Source: Pseudothioglobus sp. nBUS_23
GTDB taxonomy: Bacteria; Pseudomonadota; Gammaproteobacteria; PS1; Pseudothioglobaceae
NCBI RefSeq assembly: GCF_051201565.1
Contig: NZ_CP179200.1
Span: forward strand, 30,001-62,000
Length of the DNA stretch: 32,000 nucleotides
Direction of reading: 5' to 3'
The notes under the pieces are model-generated. The model saw only the letters and a program-made list of their open reading frames with translations, was not told the origin of the DNA and did no database searches. Both the position numbers and the translations under genes were made by a program. Positions 17,794-26,460 of the stretch are shown piece after piece; the first letter of the stretch is position 1, and every line of letters starts with the position of its first letter.

Positions 17794-17845
17794 ATTAGAC
17801 AAGGCTTTCAGAGCATAAATTCAAACTCAATTTTGATTTGCCTTG

Positions 17846-17859
17846 TGTATAATTACGCG
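17846..17859 (+). promoter_or_regulatory. Candidate -10/discriminator element for tRNA-Phe (TGTATAATTACGCG)
   Basis: TATAAT is at 17848-17853, ending 10 nt before the tRNA 5' end. It has the same GTATAATT(T/A)CGC block as the other two tRNA genes. No good -35 lies at 16-18 bp; TTGATT at 17833-17838 is only 9 bp away. Confidence 0.35.
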
Positions 17860-17863
17860 ATTT

Positions 17864-17939
17864 GGCCATATAGCTCAGTTGGTAGAGCAAGGGACTGAAA
17901 ATCCCTGTGTCCCTAGTTCAATTCTAGGTGTGGCCACCA
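17864..17939 (+). tRNA. tRNA-Phe (anticodon GAA)
   Basis: 76 nt, near-identical in layout to E. coli tRNA-Phe. The anticodon arm is AGGGA-CTGAAAA-TCCCT, and TAGCTCAGTTGGTAGAGC is present. CCA is encoded. Confidence 0.97.
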
Positions 17940-17944
17940 TTTTT

Positions 17945-17981
17945 AAAGCCGAATTAGACCAGTGTTTAATTCGGCTTTTTT
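17945..17981 (+). terminator. Rho-independent terminator after tRNA-Phe (possibly bidirectional with the convergent membrane-protein gene)
   Basis: A 12-bp stem, AAAGCCGAATTA (17945-17956) / TAATTCGGCTTT (17967-17978), with a 10-nt loop. It is followed by a T-run and preceded by TTTTAAA. Confidence 0.75.
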
Positions 17982-17993
17982 GTAGATAATCGT

Positions 17994-18380
17994 TTAATCG
18001 GAAGCGCGAATTTGCCAGAAAAATAAAGCAATTAAAATAACTGTTGGAGCAACTCCAATAGGGTCAAGTTTTGCTGTTCCAGCAATATAAACTTGATAAG
18101 CCTGTATTAAAAGAAAACCAATATTAAGATAAATACCAAATATCATGGCGACTTTCTTTAAATTATCTCCTACCCAGCTTGGTGACATCCAAGCAAAAAT
18201 ACCTAGACCAATTAGTGGGACAGCAGTAACTTGCCCAAAGGCCTTAAAGTTACTAGCCATATCAGTTCCCTCAACATACCAGCCAGGACCAGTTGCCGCA
18301 AATTCAGGCGCAAACCACAACATTGCTGCATAAAACCATACGTAAACAGCTTGTATCTTAAATAGAATTGTTAAATTCAT
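17994..18380 (-). CDS. Hypothetical small integral membrane protein (about 4 TM)
   Basis: 128 aa and strongly hydrophobic with 4 predicted helices. I recognise no family motif. It is compact and has a downstream hairpin. Confidence 0.55.
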   Translation of the reverse strand: MNLTILFKIQAVYVWFYAAMLWFAPEFAATGPGWYVEGTDMASNFKAFGQVTAVPLIGLGIFAWMSPSWVGDNLKKVAMIFGIYLNIGFLLIQAYQVYIAGTAKLDPIGVAPTVILIALFFWQIRASD

Positions 18381-18506
18381 TCTATACTCCTTGTTATTAT
18401 TTAAAGTAGCTCTCTTTGGCTATAACAAACATAATAAGTTAAGCCGAATATAATTATAAGGTTTGTAGATGGTGAAATATTTATTTATTAGCCAATCAGG
18501 GTTTTA

Positions 18507-19064
18507 TCAGTGCAGTTGAGTAGGGCTTATAAAGTCTTGCTTTGAGGGCTGTAGCGTTTCTTGAATAAAGAGAACGCCTATTCGAACAAACTCAACGATT
18601 TCATAAAAATCCTCCGCATTGTCATCAGTATCTAGAAGGTCTGCATCAAGTTGAGATATCTCACTGATGTCCTTAATCATCTCTGTTACCTCTTCATCAG
18701 AGGTTTCAACTGAGCTCAGACCTAAGCCAACTAAAAACCCTTGGCACCATTCGATTAGAGTATTCGCCTGCTCTCTGAGCGGCGTATCATCGTCGGCTAT
18801 CACTGGCCAAAAGTTTAACGTTGGGTCAGCAAGTTGTTCGCTTGTGTTATTGAATATTTCAGCAAGGATTTGATGTGCTTCCTTTTCAAGCAGATTGTTA
18901 AGATCAATGCTAACTAGGATTTCATTGAGCCAGTCATCAAGATCTATATTTTGTTTGACGCAATAAAAGCCACACAATAAGCCATGAGCAGAGGAGATAG
19001 TGTCATCAGTATTGAGCTTATGGAGCGCGTCTTTAGCGAGCTCATAATTGATAGATTGACTCAT
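18507..19064 (-). CDS. ygfB: UPF0149 family protein YgfB
   Basis: 185 aa. Blocks parallel E. coli YgfB: AHGLLCGFYC (MHGLISGMIC), IEWCQGFLVGLGLS (AGWVNHFLLGLGVT), an acidic tract, EIVEFVRIGVLFI (EIIEYVRVAALLC), and a C-terminal PTQLH (PTLH). Confidence 0.85.
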   Translation of the reverse strand: MSQSINYELAKDALHKLNTDDTISSAHGLLCGFYCVKQNIDLDDWLNEILVSIDLNNLLEKEAHQILAEIFNNTSEQLADPTLNFWPVIADDDTPLREQANTLIEWCQGFLVGLGLSSVETSDEEVTEMIKDISEISQLDADLLDTDDNAEDFYEIVEFVRIGVLFIQETLQPSKQDFISPTQLH

Positions 19065-19068
19065 TAAT

Positions 19069-20028
19069 TTAAAACGCCCCTGCCAAAATTTCCATCACCG
19101 CCATTCGCACAGCGATTCCGTTGGTGACTTGTTGCAATATGACAGATTGAGGTCCATCTGCAACTTCAGAGCTGAGTTCAATTCCTCTGTTAACTGGACC
19201 AGGATGCATCACGATGGCGTCTGGTTTTGCAAGCTTAAGGTTTTTAGAAGTGAGACCAAATCCATCAAAGTAGGTTTGTTCATCTGGAATGTCAGCTGCA
19301 ATCATCCTCTCTTTTTGAAGTCTAAGCGAAATAATAACATCAGCACCTTCAATACCTTTTTCTAGGCTGTCAAAGCGCTCTAAGCCCGGAGTTTCTTCTT
19401 TGTAGTGAAGTGTTTCTGGTGCAATAAGTCTAATATCAGTTGTGCCCAGAGTTCTCATGGCCTGAATTCCAGAGCGAGCAACTCTAGAATGCCTGATGTC
19501 TCCAACTATAGCTACAGAAAGGTTGTCAAATGATTTTTTGTGCTGCCTGATCGTCAGCATATCTAGCAATGCTTGGGTCGGATGCGCATTAATTCCATCG
19601 CCTGCATTGAGTATTGCGACTCCTTCTATATTTTCAGCGACCCGATGAGGCAATCCGTTTTGTTTATGCCTAATAACAAACATATCAATCTGCATCGCCT
19701 TTAGGGTATGCATGGTGTCCATAAGAGTTTCATTCTTTTTGGTAGCTGAGTTTGCAAGGTCAACATTAATTGTTTTGGCGCTGGTTCTCTTTGCCGCGAT
19801 CTCAAAAGTGTTTCTGGTTCGAGTCGAAGGCTCAAAGAAGAGATTTGCAACAGACATATCCCTTAAAATTTTCGACTTTTGAAGATTTCCTTTGGAGTCT
19901 ATAAGATCATCAGCAACATTAAGAATTTTTTCGATTTGATTTTTAGGAAGACCCTCTAGCCCTAAAAGATGGATTAGACGTCCGTTCGAGTTAAGTTGAG
20001 CATCATTGCTAATCGTATGTGGTTTCAT
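19069..20028 (-). CDS. pyrB: Aspartate carbamoyltransferase catalytic subunit
   Basis: 319 aa with motifs FFEPSTRTR, HPTQALLD, GDIRHSRVA and HPGPVNRG. The N-terminus resembles Pseudomonas-type PyrB. It overlaps the ruvX 3' end by 20 nt. Confidence 0.97.
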   Translation of the reverse strand: MKPHTISNDAQLNSNGRLIHLLGLEGLPKNQIEKILNVADDLIDSKGNLQKSKILRDMSVANLFFEPSTRTRNTFEIAAKRTSAKTINVDLANSATKKNETLMDTMHTLKAMQIDMFVIRHKQNGLPHRVAENIEGVAILNAGDGINAHPTQALLDMLTIRQHKKSFDNLSVAIVGDIRHSRVARSGIQAMRTLGTTDIRLIAPETLHYKEETPGLERFDSLEKGIEGADVIISLRLQKERMIAADIPDEQTYFDGFGLTSKNLKLAKPDAIVMHPGPVNRGIELSSEVADGPQSVILQQVTNGIAVRMAVMEILAGAF

Positions 20029-20437
20029 TGAGCCATGTCTGCAAAATTAATTCAGCTGATTTTTTGTCTACTGCGCCTCTATCAGCGTTCTTATGAGCGT
20101 AGTGCCATTTTAGTTGGTTTTTTGCTTCTGAAGAGGATAAATGCTCATCCACAAAAACAACATCTATACTAAATCGTTTCTCAAGTTTTCTGCCAAACGA
20201 TTTCGCGATGAAGGTCATCTCTTGTTCTTTATTCTCTTGGTCTAATGGGAGTCCCACAATAAACTTATTTGGGCTATGCTGCTTGATAATCTCCTCAAGC
20301 TGAACCCAGTTGGTTGAACCATCCTTGTTGTGGGTAACTGTAGCTAATCCATTTGCTTGAGTAGTAAGACTATTGGCTATAGCAATGCCCGTTCTTTTTG
20401 TGCCTACATCAAAACCAAGGTAGGTTTTAATTGTCAT
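20009..20437 (-). CDS. ruvX: Putative pre-16S rRNA nuclease / Holliday junction resolvase-like protein YqgF (RuvX)
   Basis: 142 aa with LGFDVGTKRTGIAIA at the N-terminus and DEHLSS near the C-terminus. Confidence 0.92.
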   Translation of the reverse strand: MTIKTYLGFDVGTKRTGIAIANSLTTQANGLATVTHNKDGSTNWVQLEEIIKQHSPNKFIVGLPLDQENKEQEMTFIAKSFGRKLEKRFSIDVVFVDEHLSSSEAKNQLKWHYAHKNADRGAVDKKSAELILQTWLNETTYD

Positions 20438-21603
20438 TGGAGCTGTTGAAAGAGCTCATATCCCACATACCCATCTGCAACGAATCCAATGTCAGACTGA
20501 AATTTTCTGGTCGCTTCACGTGTTTTAGGTCCCGCCATACCATCTGGAGTCCCCGTATCATAACCCAGCAAGTTAAGTGTATTTTGAATTTGAATAATAT
20601 CTTCTTTGCTCAGAAGTGGCTCATCCAGCGGCTTTGCAGAAAGCCTACCTGCCCCATTCAGTCTGTCGGATAAGTGGGCAACTGAAAGCGCATATAAAAT
20701 TGACCTATTCCAACCCATAATCACATCAAAGTTTCTGTAAACAAGAAAAGCAGGGCCTTTGTGACCCATTGGAACAATTAACGAGGCTTTGAAGTTAGAT
20801 TTTGGAAGGGCTGCCCCATTACCCCTCAGAACTCCAAGTGCAGCCCACTCATTAACTGTTTTTTCATTTTTTAGGCCAGTCAATCGATAGTCAAAATTTT
20901 TGGGTATGAGTGCCTCTCGACCCCATTTTTCTCCTTTCTTCCATCCCAGCTCACTTAGAAAGTTTGCGGCGCTAGCGTAGATGTCTTCTTTGTCATCCCA
21001 GAGATTCACCTTGCCGTCTTTATTCGCATCAACGCCGTAAGCAAGAACATTGGTTGGCATAAACTGAACGGCACCCATAGCTCCAGCCCAAGAGCCCGTT
21101 GCATCGATTGGAATGGTTTTGTTATCCATAAGCTTTAACGCAGCAATTAATTCTCGTGTGAAGAATTTAGAGCGCCTAGGGTCATAGGCGAGTGTTGCCA
21201 AAGACTGTACTAAGCGTTCATTGCCCATATAGTTTCCATAATTACTCTCTAACCCTAAAAAAGCTACAATCACATAAGCCGGTACGCCATATTTTTGGGA
21301 GGCTTTGTTAAGCAATGAGGCGTTTTGTTTTAATGTATCATTTCCATTATTGATGCGCGTTTTGCTAACTCTTTTATTGAAATAACGCCAAAAGTTTTGA
21401 CTGAACTCAGCTTGGGCACTATCTTTAGAAATAATTGACGGGTCAGGGGCGGTAAGGCCTGAAAATGCTTGGTCAATTGTTGATTTGGAGACGCCTTGTT
21501 CGATTGCAGATTGACGAACTTGGTCTAAAAAGTCATCAAATGAATCTGAATTTGCAAAAACGCTTGTTGTTAGAAAAACTAGACAAAAAAATCTTAAAAA
21601 CAT
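20434..21603 (-). CDS. Lytic murein transglycosylase (MltB-like family) with a C-terminal peptidoglycan-binding domain
   Basis: 389 aa with a signal peptide. It has catalytic-region motifs LGLESNYG and GSWAGAMGAVQFMP, plus DANKDGKVNLWD. The C-terminus is PG_binding_1-like (LLGYDTGTPDGMAGPKTREATRKFQ). It overlaps the ruvX start by 4 nt. Confidence 0.88.
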   Translation of the reverse strand: MFLRFFCLVFLTTSVFANSDSFDDFLDQVRQSAIEQGVSKSTIDQAFSGLTAPDPSIISKDSAQAEFSQNFWRYFNKRVSKTRINNGNDTLKQNASLLNKASQKYGVPAYVIVAFLGLESNYGNYMGNERLVQSLATLAYDPRRSKFFTRELIAALKLMDNKTIPIDATGSWAGAMGAVQFMPTNVLAYGVDANKDGKVNLWDDKEDIYASAANFLSELGWKKGEKWGREALIPKNFDYRLTGLKNEKTVNEWAALGVLRGNGAALPKSNFKASLIVPMGHKGPAFLVYRNFDVIMGWNRSILYALSVAHLSDRLNGAGRLSAKPLDEPLLSKEDIIQIQNTLNLLGYDTGTPDGMAGPKTREATRKFQSDIGFVADGYVGYELFQQLQ

Positions 21604-21655
21604 GAGAGAATTATAATGAGTAAATTCATTCTTATTTTAATTAATCTAGCAAGAG

Positions 21656-22909
21656 ATGTCGACCTATAAGCCTCTTGCTGAAACATTAAGGCCTGATGAT
21701 CTGAGTGATTTTATTGGCCAACAACATTTACTTGACTCTGACAAGCCAATAGGGAAGGCAATAAAAGACAATCAGCTCCACTCCATGATTTTATGGGGGC
21801 CTTCAGGTGTTGGAAAAACGACTCTAGCGAGAATTATTTGTAGCCAGATGGGCGCTCATTTTGAGCAAATGTCAGCCGTACTTGATGGGGTAAAAGAGCT
21901 CAGAGATATCATTAGACATGCGGAGCTTTATAAACAAAACAATAAAAGTACAATTCTATTTGTCGATGAGATTCATCGATTTAACAAAGCGCAACAGGAT
22001 GGTTTTTTGCCTCATATAGAGTCTGGACTATTAACCTTGATTGGTGCAACGACTGAAAACCCGTCCTTTGAAATTAATTCTGCATTGCTTTCAAGGGCAA
22101 GGGTGTATGTTCTCAAAAAGCTCAGCAATGAAGAGCTTGAGGTAATTGCTCTAAGAGCAATGAAAGCTCAGCAGATAAGCCTAGAAGATGATGGGTCTTT
22201 GGCTCTAGTCATCGAAAATAGTGACGGAGACGCGAGAAGACTGATCAATATAATTGAACAGTTGACGACCAGCTCAGGCAAGGCCCTTAAAAAAACAGAC
22301 GTAGTTAAAACTCTGCAAAAGAAGCTTGGCAGTTTTGACAAGGGGGGCGATATTTTTTATCAACAGCTCTCAGCCTTTCATAAATCTGTCAGAGGCTCAT
22401 CTCCAGATGGTGCGCTTTACTGGATGGCAAGAATGATTGTGTCAGGATGTGATCCCAAAGTTATTGCTAGAAGGCTGCTCGCAATAGCCTCAGAAGATAT
22501 AGGAAATGCTGACCCAAGAGCACTCCAGATTTGTGTTAATGCTTGGGATGTCTATGAGCGCTTGGGCGACAAAGAGGGTAATCGTGCTATCGCACAGGCG
22601 GCAGTTTTTTGTGCGTGCGCACCTAAGTCGAATGCTGTTTATAGGGCTTTTAATTCTGCAATGGAGGCAGCACAAGAGAGCAATGATCTTGAAGTGCCCA
22701 TTCATCTCAGAAATGCCCCTACAAAACTTCTCAAAGAGCTCGGGCATGGCAAGGACTATCGTTATGCCCATGATGAGCCAGATGCCTTCAGCAAGGGACA
22801 AACCTACTTTCCTGAGGAGATGGGAGAAAAAATCTACTATGAGCCGACTGATCGTGGCTTAGAGATTAAAATTAAAGAAAAACTAGAGCAGCTTAGATCT
22901 GTCTTATGA
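21656..22909 (+). CDS. rarA: Replication-associated recombination protein A (AAA+ ATPase RarA/MgsA)
   Basis: 417 aa with Walker A GPSGVGKTTLA, Walker B LFVDEIHRFNK, SRA, and a MgsA C-terminal domain (HKS.RGSSPD.ALYW, NAPT.L....G.GK.Y.Y.HD). Confidence 0.95.
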   Translation: MSTYKPLAETLRPDDLSDFIGQQHLLDSDKPIGKAIKDNQLHSMILWGPSGVGKTTLARIICSQMGAHFEQMSAVLDGVKELRDIIRHAELYKQNNKSTILFVDEIHRFNKAQQDGFLPHIESGLLTLIGATTENPSFEINSALLSRARVYVLKKLSNEELEVIALRAMKAQQISLEDDGSLALVIENSDGDARRLINIIEQLTTSSGKALKKTDVVKTLQKKLGSFDKGGDIFYQQLSAFHKSVRGSSPDGALYWMARMIVSGCDPKVIARRLLAIASEDIGNADPRALQICVNAWDVYERLGDKEGNRAIAQAAVFCACAPKSNAVYRAFNSAMEAAQESNDLEVPIHLRNAPTKLLKELGHGKDYRYAHDEPDAFSKGQTYFPEEMGEKIYYEPTDRGLEIKIKEKLEQLRSVL

Positions 22910-23301
22910 GTACATTTTTATCTATAGCAAGTATTGGAATTGGCGCTACGGTTGGGGCATCTTGCAGATACTATATTGGGATAATTTCTGCTCAATACCT
23001 TGGCAAAAGCCTCCCTTATGGAACCCTAATTTCAAATGTTATTGGTTCTTTTATAGCTGGCGTTTTGATTGTTTTGGTTTTAGAAAAGCTCCTTCTGAGT
23101 GAAACCCACAGGCTTATGCTGCTTGTTGGCTTGGCAGGCTCACTAACGACAATGTCAGCACTCTCAATAGAGTCTGTTGAAATGATAAGTGTAGGCCATT
23201 ATTCTCAAGCCTTGATCAATATTCTTTTAAACTTGCTGCTTTCTCTTATGGCTGCAAGTTTGGGAGTTGTTGCTTCAAAATATTTATTTAATTTAGCTTA
23301 A
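22906..23301 (+). CDS. crcB: Fluoride ion channel CrcB/FluC
   Basis: 131 aa with 4 TM helices and the motifs GIGATVGASCRY, GTLISNVIGSF and GSLTT.S. Its ATG overlaps the rarA stop (ATGA). Confidence 0.9.
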   Translation: MSTFLSIASIGIGATVGASCRYYIGIISAQYLGKSLPYGTLISNVIGSFIAGVLIVLVLEKLLLSETHRLMLLVGLAGSLTTMSALSIESVEMISVGHYSQALINILLNLLLSLMAASLGVVASKYLFNLA

Positions 23302-24267
23302 GGCTAGTCTTCTTTCAACTTCGTCCAAGAGTGATGAAGAGATATTAATTCCATATTGTTTGTCCAGTTCCCTAATGCAGGTCGGGCTGGTCACATTAAT
23401 CTCAGTGATGAAATCACCGATGACATCGAGACCAACAAAGATAAGCCCTTTATCAATTAATGTTGGAGCAATTTGAGTGCATAGATACCGATCTCTATCG
23501 GATAGTGGCTGACCCACCCCTTTTGCACCAGCCGCAAGATTTCCTTTAAAGCTGCCTTCTGCAGGTAGCCTGGCAAGAGCATGGTCAACTGGATTTCCAT
23601 TAATCAAAAGGATTCGTTTATCGCCATCTTTAATCTCTGGCAAAAACTCTTGTGCCATGATGTAGCGAGATTCATTGTTGGTGATCCTTTTGAGAATGTC
23701 ATCAATATCATTGTCACCTTTTGAGAGCTTAAAGATATCTGTTCCGCCCATGCCATCAAGAGGTTTGACCACAACTGTTCTTAACGAATCAATAAAATTA
23801 TTAAGTTCACGAATTTTTGAGCTCACCAGCGTTTTAGGTATGCACTCAGGAAAGTTTAATGCAAATAGTTTTTCATTGGCATCCCTTAGTGAGCTTGGTT
23901 TATTTATGACCAAAACTCCTTCTGATTCTAGTTGTTCAAGCAGGTATGTAGAATATATATAGTCCATATCAAAGGGCGGATCTTTGCGCATAAAGACCAC
24001 ATCCAGGGTGCTTAAATTGACCACGCTTGAGGGCTTTGAGCTGAACCAGCTTATTTCTGAGTCTTGAACTTCTGTAATTCTTGTTGAGGCAAAAACCTTG
24101 CCATCCGAATAATACATATCAGGGCTATCAAAGGTATGAATTTCCCAGCCACGAGCCTGCGCTTCTAGCATCATTGCAAATGACGAGTCTTTGTTTGGCT
24201 TAATATTGGAAATATCATCCATCAATACGCCGAGTCTAATTCGCTTCATCGGCATATTATAATGCAA
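23293..24267 (-). CDS. gshB: Glutathione synthetase
   Basis: 324 aa, with an E. coli GshB-like LGVLMDDISNIKPNKDSSFAMMLEAQARGWE and an ATP-grasp C-terminal half. The true start may be the third Met (MKRIRLG..., 24249) by comparison with the E. coli N-terminus. It overlaps the crcB 3' end by 9 nt. Confidence 0.95.
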   Translation of the reverse strand: MHYNMPMKRIRLGVLMDDISNIKPNKDSSFAMMLEAQARGWEIHTFDSPDMYYSDGKVFASTRITEVQDSEISWFSSKPSSVVNLSTLDVVFMRKDPPFDMDYIYSTYLLEQLESEGVLVINKPSSLRDANEKLFALNFPECIPKTLVSSKIRELNNFIDSLRTVVVKPLDGMGGTDIFKLSKGDNDIDDILKRITNNESRYIMAQEFLPEIKDGDKRILLINGNPVDHALARLPAEGSFKGNLAAGAKGVGQPLSDRDRYLCTQIAPTLIDKGLIFVGLDVIGDFITEINVTSPTCIRELDKQYGINISSSLLDEVERRLALS

Positions 24268-24305
24268 TCAGATTGAATAATAATGAGCATGACGGGCAAA
24301 AAATG

Positions 24306-24334
24306 TTGAATTGACGAGGTTTTGGGCGTATAAT
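24306..24334 (+). promoter_or_regulatory. Candidate sigma70 promoter for tRNA-fMet / rimP-nusA-infB operon (TTGAAT-17-TATAAT)
   Basis: TTGAAT is at 24306-24311 and TATAAT at 24329-24334, followed by TTCGCC. It lies 13 nt upstream of the tRNA 5' end. Confidence 0.5.
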
Positions 24335-24347
24335 TTCGCCTCTTTAG

Positions 24348-24424
<77 letters not shown>

Positions 24425-24430
24425 ATTTAG

Positions 24431-24452
24431 ACCCCCTCTTTTGGGGGTTTTT
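24431..24452 (+). terminator. Terminator/attenuator hairpin between tRNA-fMet and rimP
   Basis: ACCCCC (24431-24436), loop TCTTTT, GGGGGT (24443-24448), then a T-run to 24452. It is analogous to the leaky terminator after E. coli metY. Confidence 0.6.
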
Positions 24453-24466
24453 ATTAGGAGTTTTTT

Positions 24467-24928
24467 GTGGCTAAGATAGCAGACAAAGTGCTTTCAATAC
24501 TTAACCCTAGTGTCCATGCCCTGGGGTACGAGTTGTTGGGCGTTGAATATGTGCCTAGTGGTAAGCACTCTGTCTTGAGGCTTTATATAGACTCAGAGAA
24601 AGGCATTGGGGTTGATGATTGTGAGGTTGTTTCCCGTCAAGTCAGTTCGATAATGGATGTTGAGGATCCAATTAGTGGGCAATATAATCTTGAGGTATCT
24701 TCCCCAGGAATTGAAAGACCCCTTTTTAGTGTTTCTCATTACATGCGTTTTTTGGGGCATGATGTTCGAATAAGAACATATAGACCAATAGATGGAAGAA
24801 GAAGCTTTACTGGTGCAATTGGAAGCGTTAGCGAAAAAAGTAATGCAATAGAGTTGGTGACAGAGCTAGGCCCTGTTACCTTAGAAATAGATTTAATAGA
24901 AAAAGCAAATTTAGTTGCTCATTTTTAG
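24467..24928 (+). CDS. rimP: Ribosome maturation factor RimP
   Basis: 153 aa with a GTG start preceded by AGGAG. Motifs are GYELLGVEY, LRLYID and LEVSSPGIERPL. Confidence 0.92.
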   Translation: MAKIADKVLSILNPSVHALGYELLGVEYVPSGKHSVLRLYIDSEKGIGVDDCEVVSRQVSSIMDVEDPISGQYNLEVSSPGIERPLFSVSHYMRFLGHDVRIRTYRPIDGRRSFTGAIGSVSEKSNAIELVTELGPVTLEIDLIEKANLVAHF

Positions 24929-24937
24929 GAGAAGCCG

Positions 24938-26413
24938 ATGGATGGCAAAGAATTATTTTTAATGATTGAGGCAATCTCAAATGAAAAGAATATCACCAAA
25001 GAGGATGTTCTGGAATCTTTGGAAGAGGCGTTAGCGGTTGCAACGAAAAAGCGCAGCAATATAGAAGTACGTGTTGAGGTTGATAGGCACACAGGTGAGT
25101 TTAAAACTTTCAGGCAATGGCAGGTCATTGAAGATGGAGAAGAATTTGTTGATGATGATGGAAACATGTTTGATCCTGAGTTACACATATATCAGGCTGA
25201 TGCAAACGGATTGAATGTAGATGAGTTTGTTGAGGAGCCAATGGAGTCTCTTGAGTTTGGAAGAATTGCAGCCCAGGTGGCTAAACAGGTCATTATTCAA
25301 AAGGTTCGTGAGGCAGAGAGAACGGTTGTAGTTGATAACTATTCCGAAAGAGTTGGCGAAGTGGTGATGGTGACTGTTAAGAGAGTTGATCGAGGAAATG
25401 TCTATGTTGATATGGGCGGAATTGATGGCATGATTTCAAAATATGACCTGATTCCTAATGAGTCGATAAGAAAAAATGACCGTCTGAGAGCCTTCATTAA
25501 AGAGGTCAAGTCAACGCCACGAGGCGCACAAATTTTCTTAAGTAGAACTGCTAATGACATGATGGTTCAACTATTTGAGATGGAGGTTCCTGAAATCAGT
25601 GAGGGAGTTATTGAGATCAAGGCTGGGGCGAGAGATCCAGGCCTTCGTTCAAAGCTCGCTGTGAAAGCAAAAGATAAGCGTATTGATCCGATTGGCTCCT
25701 GTATCGGCATGAGAGGGGCAAGAGTGCAGGCTGTTTCTAATGAGCTTAATGGTGAGCGCGTTGATATCATTCTTTGGGATGATGATCCAGCACAATTTGT
25801 GATTAACGCTATGGCTCCTGCAGAGGTGAGTTCAATTGTTGTGGATGAAGACAAAAGATCTATGGACATTGCTGTCGAGGAAGATCAGTTAGCGCTTGCT
25901 ATTGGAAGAGGTGGCCAAAATATCAAGCTTGCGAGCAAACTCTCAGGATGGAAGCTTAATGTCATGTCTTTAAATGACGCTGATGAAATGCAAGCTCAAG
26001 AGATTCAAAAAACGGGCGAAAAACTCGCTGAAAAACTTGGTGTGGATGCAGAGGTGGCCGGCGTTTTGATTGATGAGGGATACACCAGCTTAGATGATAT
26101 TGCTGAGGCAGAAGCTGAGACTCTCTCAAAGATTGAGGAGTTTGACTCTGAGATGGTTGATGAGCTCCAAGAGAGGGCTCAGGATGCTCAGCTCGTCAAA
26201 GCTCTGAATGATGCAGAGGCTACTGAATTATTACTAGGGGTTGAGGGAGTAGATGATTCACTTGCGTCAGCACTTGTTGGCGCTGAAATCAGTACCGTAG
26301 ATGATTTAGCAGAGCTCTCAATTGTTGAATTATTAGAGATTCAAGATATTGGAAATGACAGTGCATCTGCTGTTATCATGGCAGCCAGAGAAAAAGAGGG
26401 CTGGTTCGACTAA
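24938..26413 (+). CDS. nusA: Transcription termination/antitermination factor NusA
   Basis: 491 aa with an N-terminal domain, S1 and KH1/KH2 domains ([30 protein letters not shown]) and two acidic C-terminal HhH repeats, as in gammaproteobacteria. Confidence 0.97.
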   Translation: MDGKELFLMIEAISNEKNITKEDVLESLEEALAVATKKRSNIEVRVEVDRHTGEFKTFRQWQVIEDGEEFVDDDGNMFDPELHIYQADANGLNVDEFVEEPMESLEFGRIAAQVAKQVIIQKVREAERTVVVDNYSERVGEVVMVTVKRVDRGNVYVDMGGIDGMISKYDLIPNESIRKNDRLRAFIKEVKSTPRGAQIFLSRTANDMMVQLFEMEVPEISEGVIEIKAGARDPGLRSKLAVKAKDKRIDPIGSCIGMRGARVQAVSNELNGERVDIILWDDDPAQFVINAMAPAEVSSIVVDEDKRSMDIAVEEDQLALAIGRGGQNIKLASKLSGWKLNVMSLNDADEMQAQEIQKTGEKLAEKLGVDAEVAGVLIDEGYTSLDDIAEAEAETLSKIEEFDSEMVDELQERAQDAQLVKALNDAEATELLLGVEGVDDSLASALVGAEISTVDDLAELSIVELLEIQDIGNDSASAVIMAAREKEGWFD

Positions 26414-26460
26414 TCACTCAGGATAGTTTTAGTAATCGATACTCAAATATAGGTAGGAAT

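Noticed and set aside
22490-22862. Three-frame ORF pile-up (rarA plus a 118-aa + ORF and a 103-aa - ORF)
   Set aside because: Only the rarA frame shows conserved motifs. The other two products are Arg/Met/Cys/His-rich and compositionally random. There is no start context and no evidence for overlapping genes.
22850-22910. Fluoride riboswitch (crcB motif) upstream of crcB
   Set aside because: The crcB start codon overlaps the rarA stop (ATGA), so there is no untranslated leader to hold a riboswitch.
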